Of a DNA stretch of 43,785 nt, positions 1 to 11,364 are shown in pieces. Source of the DNA: a virus. Made by a program: the position numbers and the translations under genes. The stretch's first letter is position 1. The number at the start of each line of letters is the position of its first letter. The stretch spans positions 1 to 43,785 of the IMG/VR virus record IMGVR_UViG_3300013426_000009; one strand, 5' to 3'. Under the pieces are notes generated by a model. The model worked only from the letters and a program-made list of their open reading frames with translations, searched no databases and had not been told where the DNA came from.

Positions 1-77
1 CCGTCGATGCCCTCGGCCTTAAAGCGCCGATAGACGATATACTCCATAGCTTTATCCTCCCTTGAATAATTCTCGAT
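1..77. repeat. Terminal overlap, identical to 43709..43785
   Basis: Read directly: ccgtcgatgccctcggcc...ttgaataattctcgat occurs at both ends. Bases 1..47 repeat the 5' end of the minus-strand gene 43384..43755. Confidence 0.95.
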
Positions 78-105
78 ACGGAATATAACCTAATCACTCG
101 GAGGA

Positions 106-528
106 TTAAGCTCGCGCTTTATCGCTCCGCTTGATTTTAGAGATTTGCGAGAGCTCGTCCGTAATGAGCTTTACCCACTCTTTGAGGACGTTCGGCGGTA
201 TCTTCTCATGGTTGACGGTCATATACGCGAGGTCGAGCACGTCGAGCATCGAGTTATAATAGCCCTGCGCCGTCTCGTAATACTCTTTCCGCCGCTGGAT
301 GTTCCGGCGGCGTATCTCCTCGGGAGATTTCTCGTCAACGTAAATGAGGTTTGCCGTCTTTATCATGCGATAAGCCTCTCGCGCCGCGTTGTAGAGCGGC
401 AAGGAAAAATAAAAGGTGTAGCTTTTCGGCAAGATGCGGACGCGGTTATATGTGAATACATAAATCTCGCGGGCGAGGTTGATATACTCCGCCGGGCTTT
501 CGCCGCGTCTCGATTTTGGTACGGACAT
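106..528 (-). CDS. Hypothetical helical protein (140 aa), weak four-helix-bundle (IVS/Avd-like) resemblance
   Basis: The ORF track gives 106..570. I moved the start to ATG 528, which has GAGGAGG 7 nt upstream. The pattern AREIY..T....LPKSY.F...L..AAREA...I..AN is reminiscent of four-helix-bundle proteins. Function is unproven. Confidence 0.7.
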   Translation of the reverse strand: MSVPKSRRGESPAEYINLAREIYVFTYNRVRILPKSYTFYFSLPLYNAAREAYRMIKTANLIYVDEKSPEEIRRRNIQRRKEYYETAQGYYNSMLDVLDLAYMTVNHEKIPPNVLKEWVKLITDELSQISKIKRSDKARA

Positions 529-585
529 TTTCTTTCCTCCTCGCCGACTATGCGCCCATTGAGGGCGCAAGTCTCGATTTCCGAA

Positions 586-1949
586 TTATACGCAAAAGCC
601 GGGCGCGAAGCCGAGCGAATAGTACGCGCTGACGCTGCTGACTGTGCCGTCGGTGCCCACACGCACGAAATAGTCGGAGAAGCTCGCACGCGAGGAACGG
701 AGCCACCAAGAAGCGGCGGTACTCGTCGCGCTGTGCTTGTACTTGATTTTGCTATTCCCTGCGGAATAATAGGCATACTGCGCTTGTTTGTTCTTCTCGT
801 TCGTGTTTCCGTAGGAAATGCTGCCGAAAACCTCGTACTCCGAGAGGAGGAAAAAGTAATCCGTTGTCGCCGTGACGTAGCTCGCCGTCGAGCCGCCGCC
901 GTTTGCCGTATTGTCCGTGTACTTGGTAACGGACTTGAGGACGGCACGGAGCGCCGCCGGAATGACTGCGATAATCGTCCCGGAGTAGCTCGAGAGGCTC
1001 GTCCCGCAAATCGCGGTACGCATTTGCGAGCTCGCCCAGCCGCCGGAGTTTGTGTTCGATGCGTTCATAACGAAATAGCCAGCGCCCGGGGCCGACCATC
1101 CGCTATCGGGGCCATATTGACTATCGCAGAAACAAACGTCCGTACCGCCGGAGAGGGCGGTCTTTGCAAGTTGGAAATGGATACGGTTTGCGCCCTCAAC
1201 GCTTGCGTTATGGTTAAACCCAATAATGAAAGCGTAGGTCGTGACATTCGAGAGCGAGAGCTTTCCGACCGTGCCGTTAAGCGTTACGGCCTTGCGGTCG
1301 CCGATGCTCCAATAGTTCGCGCCCTGTCCCGCGTCGGAAACGGACTTGATAACGCTCCACTCGTTATTGTTGAGCGTGGTACTCACGAAAGAGAGCGTCA
1401 GCGCGTAGGAGGTCGTGGAGGACACGACATTGACGGAGCCGCTCACGGTCTGCCCGCTCTTTGTGGCCTCGACGGTGTATGTACCCGTCTCCGTGACGGT
1501 GAAAACCGCCGAGCCGGTGCTCGTCTTTGTGGCGATAGTCGTCCCGCCTTTTTTCAGCACGACGGACGCGCCGGAGTCCACGTTGACGGTAATCGTCGCA
1601 GAGAAGAACGTCAGCGATACCGCGTAGCTATCCACGACGGAGACGCTTTTCGTATCGGACGTTTGCCCGTTGAGCGTAGCCTTGACGCTCCATGTACCGG
1701 CCTCCGGCACAATAAGCGTGCAGCTTTCGTCAACGTTGATGCCGCTCACGGTGAGCGCCCCCTTCGTTGCTGCAACGGTCGCCCCCGTGGTAACGCTGAC
1801 CACGATTTTCAGCTCTGTGCCTGTGGTGATAGCTCCGATTGCGGAAACATATCCATCGGGATAAGACAGCGCACCGCTCGTCTTGCCTTTTGTGCGAATT
1901 GCGTCTGCGACCTTTTTGAGATCGGTATCATTTGTCAAATATTCCGCCA

Positions 1950-1950
<1 letters not shown>
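586..1950 (-). CDS. Tail fibre / receptor-binding protein (454 aa)
   Basis: The ORF track gives 586..1995. I moved the start to ATG 1950, which overlaps the upstream stop as TAATG and has GGGGTGAG upstream. The N-terminus reads MAEYLTNDTDLKKVADAIR. The middle is a Thr/Ser/Val-rich beta repeat. The C-terminal ...ASWWLRSS...GFAPGFCV module is typical of Firmicute phage receptor-binding proteins. Confidence 0.7.
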
Positions 1951-4094
<2,144 letters not shown>

Positions 4095-4109
4095 GTTGTC
4101 ACCTCTCTT

Positions 4110-4156
4110 ATGGAAAACGGCGCAGCAAGAGCGACTATTCCGTCCCTTGCTGCGCC
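4110..4156 (-). terminator. Intrinsic terminator or attenuator between head genes and fibre genes
   Basis: A perfect 11-bp stem pairs GGCGCAGCAAG (4119-4129) with CTTGCTGCGCC (4146-4156). On the minus strand it is followed by GTTTTCC. Confidence 0.6.
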
Positions 4157-4196
4157 GTGTCGCAACTCATTTTTCGTGTCTCGCGGTCGTATTTAC

Positions 4197-4478
4197 TTAC
4201 GCGTTGTGGGCCTTCGCGCTCTCGACGTAGTCGCTGCTCATCGTCTGAATGAGATTCGCGGTCGAGGCGTCCTGTCTCATCTGGTTCTGGATGGCCCACA
4301 GGAACTTTCTCTTGATCTGCACGGTCACGCCGCGCTGGATCAGGCAGCTTTCGCCGTTCACGCACACCAGCAGGTCATCCTTGTACTTGCCGTTGTCCTT
4401 GAACAGGCGGACGCTGACGTACTCTTCGCCCGCGCGGGCGGCATTTGCAGCCGCAGCGGCGTTTTTCGCTTCGCTCAT
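4197..4478 (-). CDS. Hypothetical head-module protein (93 aa)
   Basis: RBS GGAGGAAAG precedes ATG 4478. The gene lies immediately downstream of the capsid gene. No motif recognised. Confidence 0.75.
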   Translation of the reverse strand: MSEAKNAAAAANAARAGEEYVSVRLFKDNGKYKDDLLVCVNGESCLIQRGVTVQIKRKFLWAIQNQMRQDASTANLIQTMSSDYVESAKAHNA

Positions 4479-4502
4479 CGGTCTTTCCTCCGTTTCAGTG
4501 TC

Positions 4503-4527
4503 GGGGGCGGCATTTGCAGCCGCCCCC
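4503..4527 (-). other. GC-rich stem-loop after the capsid gene (no U tract)
   Basis: GGGGGCGGC, a 7-nt loop, then GCCGCCCCC. Possibly an mRNA-stabilising or processing hairpin. Confidence 0.5.
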
Positions 4528-4534
4528 TTGGTGG

Positions 4535-5794
4535 TTAGGTCAGCGGGGTCTCATCGAACGTGGAGCAGCACTCCACACGAATCATATACGCCTCGACCAG
4601 ACGCTCGGCGACCTTCGTTGCCTTCCAACCGACGGTCGCGCGCTGGTTCAGCGGGTCAGCCGTACCGGCAGAGCCGAGCGGCTTGACGATGTGCTCAAGG
4701 CCGCCGCCGGTCAGCTCGGTCGTGCCGTAAGCCTCTGCGCCCATGATCAGGGTGGAGTAGACGTTGCGGCCCTTCGCACCGGCCTCGCCGGGGTAGATGG
4801 CGGTCGATGCCGTCGGGGAAGTAGCAGGGGCGGCTTTCAGCGTGATCGTCGCGCTGCCCTTAGCGGCAGCCGTCGCGCTCTCGATCTCAAGCAGCTCGCC
4901 GCCGATGACGACCTGACGGCCCGCCAGAGCCGCAGCGTCGGCAGCGGTGATGACCTCGTTGACGGTGATCACATTGCTCGCCGCGCTCTTGACGGTCAGC
5001 TCGCGTGCGCCCTCGGTCAGGTCGTCCGCGTGGAACACCTTCGCTTCGGTCGTCTCGATGAAGCGGACGCCCGCGATCTTGCCGATCTCATCGTCATAGA
5101 TGTTGCTGGTGTCCTTGTACTCGTGCGGGCGCTTCCAATCGGGGTCATCCTGAATGTCGTAGGAGCAGTCAGGGTGGATGATGGCCCAGTAGGAGCCCTC
5201 ATAGCGCGGGGCGTTCATGGTTTTCAGGAAGCGGACCGCCTTGCGGACGGCGCGCACCGTGAAATAGTGGTTGCCCGTGCTTTCGCCGCCGACGAGCAGA
5301 TGACGGCCCGTCACCTGACCCTCGCCGTACTGGACGTTGGAGCCGCCGTTGATGACCTCGCGGGTGATGGTGTCCAGCGTGCGGCCCGCCTGAGAGCCGA
5401 GCAGCACCGTCGCTTCCTGCAGGTTGTTGTCGATGGCGGTCAGGTCGAGGATATCGGAAATCTCGACGAAATCGCCGTACTGGTCGACCTGCGCGGTCAG
5501 CGTGGTCATGGACAGCTTGCGGCCCTTGGGCGTCACGCCTTCGGTGATGGGCGTCAAGGCCTTGGGCAGCGGATCATACTTGCGGAACTCGATCTCCTTG
5601 CCCTTGCCCTTGGGGATGTTGCGCTTCTGTGCGAAGCGGTCATGCACCAGCTCGGGTTCGGCGTTGTCGATCAGGGTATCGCAGTAGTAGGTCTTCATTT
5701 CGCCCGAGAGACCGGCGTCGGTCGTCACGTTCGTCTGACCCTCAAACAGGTTCAGAACGACGGGCAGAATAAAAATGTCTTTGAACTTCTTCAT
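4535..5794 (-). CDS. Major capsid protein, HK97 fold, N4-gp56-like family (419 aa)
   Basis: ...YYCDTLIDNAEPELVHDRFAQKRNIPKGKGKEIEFRKYDPL...ITEGVTPKG...LGSQAGRTLDTITR... matches the N4-gp56-type capsid pattern as I remember it. The gene follows the scaffold gene. RBS AAGGGAG. Confidence 0.85.
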   Translation of the reverse strand: MKKFKDIFILPVVLNLFEGQTNVTTDAGLSGEMKTYYCDTLIDNAEPELVHDRFAQKRNIPKGKGKEIEFRKYDPLPKALTPITEGVTPKGRKLSMTTLTAQVDQYGDFVEISDILDLTAIDNNLQEATVLLGSQAGRTLDTITREVINGGSNVQYGEGQVTGRHLLVGGESTGNHYFTVRAVRKAVRFLKTMNAPRYEGSYWAIIHPDCSYDIQDDPDWKRPHEYKDTSNIYDDEIGKIAGVRFIETTEAKVFHADDLTEGARELTVKSAASNVITVNEVITAADAAALAGRQVVIGGELLEIESATAAAKGSATITLKAAPATSPTASTAIYPGEAGAKGRNVYSTLIMGAEAYGTTELTGGGLEHIVKPLGSAGTADPLNQRATVGWKATKVAERLVEAYMIRVECCSTFDETPLT

Positions 5795-5838
5795 GGAATT
5801 TTGTCTCCCTTCTTACAGTCGGTAAAATGAGGCGGGCA

Positions 5839-6876
5839 TCAGAATACGATGCGCTCGCCGCGTCTCACGCGCCGCGCGATCTCTTCGCGGTCGGCCTTCG
5901 TGAACTTGCTCGGGTCGCTCTTGACGATGACCCCCGGCTGGGAAGTGGTTCCGTTCTCGTTCGGGCGCATTCCTTTCGCGCGCACGTTGTCCATCACGCG
6001 CTTTTCCATCTCCGCCGCAGCTTTCGCCGCGCTGCGGGCCTGAATGTCGCCTAAATGGGATACCTCGTAAGCGTCTCGCACCGGAACACCTGCGCGCAGC
6101 ATCGCAATGAAGCGCGGATTCTCCGCGACCTCGCGCTTGAGGTCGAAGTCCGGATAATCGCCAGGGGCGTCCTTCGTGCCCACAAGCGCCGCAGCCTGAC
6201 GGATCCAATCGTTGTAGGTCTCGTCGGCCTTCTGCTGGCGCTGCCGGTCTTCTTCCTGACGCTTGAGCGCTTCGTTTTCCTGCTGCATGCGCGCATACTC
6301 GCGGTACTGCTCCACGCTCATGCCCATGCTCTCCGCTTCCGCGTTGTAAAGCACGCCGTTCAGCGCCGCATCGCCTTCGAAAGCCGCCCGCAGCTTGCTC
6401 ATGTCGCCGTCTGTCACGCCGTAATGGCGCATCAGTGCGTCAAGAATAGGCTGCGAATCGGCGATCTTCTGGTCTTTGGCCTTCTCTTCGCCGAATCTGC
6501 GGTTGATGATGCGCTGCGTCTCCGCAGTATACACGTCCTTGTACTTGCCGTTTACGAGGTCAAGGAACTCCTTTTTCAGGTCTTCCCCGCCTTTTTCCGC
6601 AGCCCCGGCGTCGTGCTGCTGCATCTTCGCGCCCTCGCCCTTCGGCTCGCCGGAAGAGGTCCCCGTATCGTCAGGTGTCTCCCGCTTGCCGAAAACGACG
6701 TTGGCGTATTCGCCCGATTTGCCCTTCCGGGTGGGAGAAGAGCTTGCCTTTGTGGTATCGCCCTGTGCGCTCGCGCCTCCCTCAGCGCCGCCCGATGCAC
6801 CGGCGGCGGCTCCCGCAGCGGCAGCGCCGCCGTCAAAGAGGCTCAGGATCACGCGAAGCGTGGTTTTGAGGTTCAT
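5839..6876 (-). CDS. Scaffolding protein (345 aa)
   Basis: The ORF track gives 5839..7029. I moved the start to ATG 6876, preceded by GGAGGGATACC. It has an Ala/Gly-rich N-terminus and a long Glu/Lys/Gln-rich helical region. It sits between the Prp-like gene and the capsid gene. Confidence 0.7.
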   Translation of the reverse strand: MNLKTTLRVILSLFDGGAAAAGAAAGASGGAEGGASAQGDTTKASSSPTRKGKSGEYANVVFGKRETPDDTGTSSGEPKGEGAKMQQHDAGAAEKGGEDLKKEFLDLVNGKYKDVYTAETQRIINRRFGEEKAKDQKIADSQPILDALMRHYGVTDGDMSKLRAAFEGDAALNGVLYNAEAESMGMSVEQYREYARMQQENEALKRQEEDRQRQQKADETYNDWIRQAAALVGTKDAPGDYPDFDLKREVAENPRFIAMLRAGVPVRDAYEVSHLGDIQARSAAKAAAEMEKRVMDNVRAKGMRPNENGTTSQPGVIVKSDPSKFTKADREEIARRVRRGERIVF

Positions 6877-7044
6877 GGTATCCCTCCTGCATGTCAAATC
6901 GCGGATATTCAGCCCTCCGTGTAGGCCGTGCAGCGCCTCCCCGTCGCCCGCAGGGGAGGGGGGAGCGGCGAAAAGATGAAGAGAAACGCCGTCCCTCCCT
7001 CGCGGACGTATGAACAGGAGGTAAGTCACTCACACGCCTAAAGC

Positions 7045-7078
7045 GTAACATGCGGTTTCCTCCGTCTCACCACGGGCG
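7045..7078 (-). promoter_or_regulatory. Copy 1 of the conserved bipartite late motif, upstream of scaffold and capsid
   Basis: Minus strand reads CGCCCGTGGTGA-N16-TGTTAC. On the plus strand this is GTAACA at 7045-7050 and TCACCACGGGCG at 7067-7078. Confidence 0.5.
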
Positions 7079-7090
7079 AGAAAAATTTTT

Positions 7091-7405
7091 TTAATTTTCT
7101 TCGTCGGCACAAATGCAGATTGCGTCCGGCCTCGCGTCTTCCAGCTGCTTGAGACCGATGCACGCGGCGATGAATGCCGCCTCGATGCGCTCGTCACCGC
7201 CGCAGTGGATGAGGAAGCGCGGCGCGTCCTCATCGATCTCGAATCCGTAGACCTCGCACTCTCCCTCGGATTCCATGTTCTTCACGTAGCCGCCGAAGGC
7301 GTACATCACGCCCGTAATGTAGTTGCAGCACTTCTCATCCGCCGAATGTCCCTCACACAGGATCATGTAGCGCCCGATCTCATGCTCGATTCGCACCATC
7401 GTCAT
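7091..7405 (-). CDS. Prp-like cysteine protease (ribosomal-processing protease family), 104 aa
   Basis: ...ILCEGHSADEKCCNYITGV... fits the Prp His/Cys dyad context. The position between portal and scaffold matches Prp-using Firmicute phages. RBS GAGGGATAAAAC. Confidence 0.55.
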   Translation of the reverse strand: MTMVRIEHEIGRYMILCEGHSADEKCCNYITGVMYAFGGYVKNMESEGECEVYGFEIDEDAPRFLIHCGGDERIEAAFIAACIGLKQLEDARPDAICICADEEN

Positions 7406-7415
7406 GTTTTATCCC

Positions 7416-9416
7416 TCACATCCCCGGCATCACCGCACTGCTGCCGGAATCCATGTTTGGCTTCGACTGTTCGGCGAGCTGCTGCATATACGGCGTCTGT
7501 GCGCTCTGCGCGTCGGCGTTCCTGCTCTCAATGCCGCCGCTGCTGCCGCTCTTGCGCGTCGAGCTTCCGCCGCTCTGCGCTCCGCCCGTCATGCCAAGCC
7601 CCATGTCCTGACCTGTGAGCTGCTGGATGACCGCGAGCGCCTTTTGCAGCTGCTCGCTCTGCTGCTGTACGACGTTATAGAGCGTCGACCCCTCGTTGAC
7701 CTGGCTCTTGATCTTGTCGATGCCCTCAAAGTCCATCATGTCGAGCGCGATCATGCTCTCCTGCGCCCTGTCAGGGGAGAAGAAGCCCAGCGAATAAAGC
7801 TCCTTCGCCCGCTCGTTCTGTTCCGCGCGGGAGAAGGGGTTCTTCTTCTGCGCCTTGATCTTGATATCAAAGACCGGCCTGCGGAACAGGTCGTTGCCAA
7901 GGCTGTCCACGCCCGTCACCTGATCGCCCAGCTCGTTCGCGCCGATCTGCGCATACTCGTAGGGCATTTCATTCGTAATGCGGAATGTGCGCGTCGCGTC
8001 GTAGAACTGCCGCATGCGCTCGATGCACAGCTTCACGATCTTCGTCTGTGCGCGGTAGCACGCCGAGATCATGTCGCGGCTCGCCTTGTTGCCCGCCTCC
8101 TGCAATGCAGAGATCGCCGCCGCAGCCGTCGCGCCGCTGGACGTACCGCCGTTCGACACGTCGCGGTTGGAACTCGTCTCTTTCATCTCGTCGATCTTCA
8201 TCTGCACGATGTTCGCGTAGATGGAATCGAGCGGGCGCGTCGTCACCTCGCGCAGCTTCGTATCGTCGATGCTGCCGGATACGTGGATGATCGGCTTGCG
8301 CCAGTCGAGGAATTCTTCCTCGTTGATGTTCAGGCTTTCGCTCGCGAAATACCGGCGCTTGCTGCCCATCATCGACGTTTCAAGGATGTTGCCCCACAGC
8401 TTGTCGATGTAAAGCTGCGGGTCCTTTGCGATGGCCGTATAACCAAAGCCCGCGGGCGTGCCCTTCTCGGGGAACAGCACGTCGAACACGAACGGATATT
8501 CGCCGTCTTCGTAGAAGCCCGCCTCCGCACACTCGGGGTCGTTCTCGCTGGCGTAGATGATGTGTTCCTCGTCGATGAACTTTGCGTAGTGCAGCACCGC
8601 GCGCCCGTCAGCGGCTTTCTTGCGGTAATACCAGTCGATCACGGCGACCTTGTTGCTCGTATCGACCGTGTCATCGTACTCGTACTTCGCCGTCTCGATG
8701 CTGCTGCCGCTGAGCTTGTCCGCAAACTGCGGGTATTCGTCCTCGATGATGTCGCGGTCGATAAGCGCTACCGTGAATACGTTGCGGCTCTTCTGGATGT
8801 CCTCAACACCCGGTTCCCAAAAGATATTCAGCGGGTCGATGCCCTCGATGGCGATGTCGCCGAGCCCGTTGTCTTTCTCCTTGTCCCAGAACACGCCGTA
8901 GATCGCCACGCCGTGTTTGAGCTTTTCCCACCACTCGAAGCTGTACGTGCTGTCAAACTCGTTGTACTCCATGATGACCGGCAGCACGGACGAGAGCGTC
9001 TTCGCGCTTTCCTCATCGCTCTGCTCGCGGGGCAGGCACACAGGCTCGGGGTAGTTGTCCATCGCGTCGGCGTGCTTATTCATGATCGAGTTGAACAGCC
9101 ACGCACTCGCAGGCTCGGGACTGTCTCCTGCGTCTTTCGACCCGCGTCGGATGTCCTCCCAGTGCCGCAGCTTCCACCAGCTCTCTTCGCTGATGATGCG
9201 GTTTTCGAAGTTGCTCTTGCCCTGCTTGTACTTTTGCAGCGTTTCCACGGCGTCGCCGATCTCCTTGCTGCCGATGGCCGCGCCGCTGCTCATCGCCACA
9301 TCGCTGTCGCGGAATGCGCCCACGAGCGGGGCCTCCGCTTTTGCGCCCAGCATCGCGGCAGCGCCCGTTGCATCGGCCTGCTGCTGCGTCTGCGGAAATT
9401 TTCTCGTTCCTGCCAT
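7416..9416 (-). CDS. Portal protein (666 aa)
   Basis: The ORF track gives 7416..9449. I moved the start to ATG 9416, preceded by AGGAGGGAAAGAC. Size, position directly after TerL, and the ...LQKYKQGKSNFENRIISEESWWKLRHWE... N-terminal pattern support the call. The C-terminal tail is Gly/Ser-rich. Confidence 0.75.
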   Translation of the reverse strand: MAGTRKFPQTQQQADATGAAAMLGAKAEAPLVGAFRDSDVAMSSGAAIGSKEIGDAVETLQKYKQGKSNFENRIISEESWWKLRHWEDIRRGSKDAGDSPEPASAWLFNSIMNKHADAMDNYPEPVCLPREQSDEESAKTLSSVLPVIMEYNEFDSTYSFEWWEKLKHGVAIYGVFWDKEKDNGLGDIAIEGIDPLNIFWEPGVEDIQKSRNVFTVALIDRDIIEDEYPQFADKLSGSSIETAKYEYDDTVDTSNKVAVIDWYYRKKAADGRAVLHYAKFIDEEHIIYASENDPECAEAGFYEDGEYPFVFDVLFPEKGTPAGFGYTAIAKDPQLYIDKLWGNILETSMMGSKRRYFASESLNINEEEFLDWRKPIIHVSGSIDDTKLREVTTRPLDSIYANIVQMKIDEMKETSSNRDVSNGGTSSGATAAAAISALQEAGNKASRDMISACYRAQTKIVKLCIERMRQFYDATRTFRITNEMPYEYAQIGANELGDQVTGVDSLGNDLFRRPVFDIKIKAQKKNPFSRAEQNERAKELYSLGFFSPDRAQESMIALDMMDFEGIDKIKSQVNEGSTLYNVVQQQSEQLQKALAVIQQLTGQDMGLGMTGGAQSGGSSTRKSGSSGGIESRNADAQSAQTPYMQQLAEQSKPNMDSGSSAVMPGM

Positions 9417-9430
9417 GTCTTTCCCTCCTG

Positions 9431-10881
9431 TCAGTTGTGTTGGAACCACGCATATCTGTCGTAGCTCGGCGTATTGATATCCAGCGGGTCATAGATGACC
9501 GGCTTCGGCGGCTTGTTCACCCTCGCCGCGATGGGATTCTCCATGCACACATATCTGGTCATGTCGTAGCAATGATCCTCCTGCTCGGTGTTCACGTCCT
9601 CAACGTCCTTTTCGTCGTAGACGAGGTTCGGCACCGTTCGGATGAAATTCTTGCACGTCGAGAAGATATACAGCATCGGCACGCCGTTTTCATCAAACGC
9701 AAACCGGTTGTGCAGCTGCATCTTGCCGTCGATGCGGGCGTTGTCGCCCTTCTCGAAGTAGACGCGCTCGCGCTCAAAGAGTGAGCCGATACTCTCCGTG
9801 CCCTGCGTGCCCCAGATGGCGGGGTCGCCCACGCGAAAGATGTGCCGCCCCTTAAGGTTCGGGTCTTCTTCCTCGATGCGCTTTATCTCGCGCGCCACCG
9901 CCGTTGGCTCCATCTTCACGCCCTCATTCGGCGTTCCCGTGCAGCCGTAATACTCGCGGATGTGGTAAAGCCTGCGGTCATGATCGACCGCGAACCAGCC
10001 GATGGCAAACGGCCTTGAATATCCCCAGTCCATCGCGCACCAGACCGGCCACTCCTTCGGGATCTGAAACGGCGCGATGACGTGCGTATTGATGCGGTCG
10101 CGGTAGTGCTCGCTGTCGTTGCGCCACTCGGTAAACACCTGACCCGAGAACGTGTCCCAGTCGCCGTAAAGCAGCGCATTCTTCTCCGCCTCCGGCATCG
10201 ATGCAAGGCGCGTCAGATAGCTTGCATCGTTCTTGAGCAGGATCTTGTTGTCAAACACCGTGCTCGGCACGAAGATGCGGCTCTTCTGCCGGTGTTCCTC
10301 ATGCCCATCAGGGAAGCGCACGACCGCGTCCTCTCGAATGGTCTGCATCGGGCGCGCCGCCGTGATGAATCGTTCCTTGACCCATCCATGCCCCACGCCA
10401 CCCGGGTTGGCCGTGCTCCTGATATACACCCGCGTTCCCGGCCCGTTCGGTCGGTTGCGGGAAAAGAGGTAGCTGTATTCCTCCCACGTAAAGTGGGTCA
10501 GCTCGTCGAATGCGATAAAGTCATATGCTTGACCCTGATACTTGATCTTGTCCTTTGCGTACTGCATCGAGCCGAAGATGATCTTCGCCCCGCTCGGGAA
10601 CGTCCACGTGTGGCTGCTGCCGTTGTAGCGTGCGCCCGGATAAATGCGCGGGTAGTAGTTCAGCGTCTTGTCAATCAGCTCGGCAAGCTGCGGGAAGGTC
10701 TTTCGCAGGATGATCGCCTTGTAATACGGGACATCTACCTGCCGCAGTGCCTCGATGACCAGCGCGTCGGATTTTCCCCCGCCTAACCGGCTGCGCCGCC
10801 GTATAGAGCCTCGTCCTCCCAGCGGCTCATAAAGAGCGCCTGCTTGGGCTGCGGTTTCCATACCACGCTACGCTTCGCCAT
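9431..10881 (-). CDS. terL: Terminase large subunit, reading frame interrupted (-1) at the Walker A motif
   Basis: GGGAGGTG plus ATG 10881 opens MAKRSVVWKPQPKQALFMSRWEDEALYGGAAG and then hits TAG at 10783-10785. The -1 frame continues LGGGKSDALVIEAL (Walker A)...FIAFDE (Walker B) and runs to the stop at 9431. Confidence 0.8.
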
Positions 10882-11338
10882 TCGCATCACCTCCCGCATC
10901 CTGCGGAACAGGCAGCACGGCGGGCAGCTCTGCCACGCCGCACGCGCTCTCTCCGCCGTCGTCCTTTTTCTCGTCATTTACCCATCGGAAGTTGTATTTC
11001 AGGCTGAATTCCGCTCCTCTCTGACCGTCTCGATCGAAGAGCCGTTCCTCCGCGTAAGCCTCGATGCGGGCTTTCGCGCGCAAAACCGTGTCAACGAACG
11101 CCGCCTTTGCCTGATAGTTCAGCAGCGCCTGACGGCTCGTGAATCCCAGCGCAAGCGCCAGCCCCGTCACCGTCGGCGGGCGCTCATTGATGATAAACGG
11201 CTTGCCCCACTTGTCGAGGATCGGCATCCCGTCATCGCCGATGATCGGCTCGCCCTTGCAGTCCTCGAAGTATCGGTCAATGACGGCCTGCATCTGTTCG
11301 ACCGTCGCGTATCTTGGTGGATGCCCTGTTTTCGCCAT
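10868..11338 (-). CDS. terS: Terminase small subunit (156 aa)
   Basis: The ORF track gives 10868..11371. I moved the start to ATG 11338. ...ERPPTVTGLALALGFTSRQALLNYQ... is the usual TerS helix-turn-helix. It is the first gene after the early-operon terminators and overlaps the terL start. Confidence 0.75.
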   Translation of the reverse strand: MAKTGHPPRYATVEQMQAVIDRYFEDCKGEPIIGDDGMPILDKWGKPFIINERPPTVTGLALALGFTSRQALLNYQAKAAFVDTVLRAKARIEAYAEERLFDRDGQRGAEFSLKYNFRWVNDEKKDDGGESACGVAELPAVLPVPQDAGGDANGEA

Positions 11339-11364
11339 GCCATCACCGCCTTTCTTTTTGTACA

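Noticed and set aside
6833-7051. A 72-aa minus-strand ORF with a good-looking RBS (GGAGGAAACCGC ATG) in the scaffold leader.
   Set aside because: The product is Arg/Pro-rich nonsense and overlaps the scaffold start out of frame. Its ATG also lies within the -10-like box of the conserved motif, so it may not be transcribed.
10783-10785. The in-frame TAG in terL as stop-codon reassignment.
   Set aside because: Reading through TAG in the same frame gives AGENPTRWSSRH, not the Walker A motif. The conserved sequence continues in the -1 frame. Other genes also end in TAG normally, for example terS.
9431-10861. ATG 10861 (the track ORF start) as the true terL start.
   Set aside because: There is no SD sequence upstream, and the first ~25 residues (METAAQAGALYEPLGGRGSIRRRSR) look like out-of-frame sequence. 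The upstream frame carries a strong RBS and a canonical TerL N-terminus.
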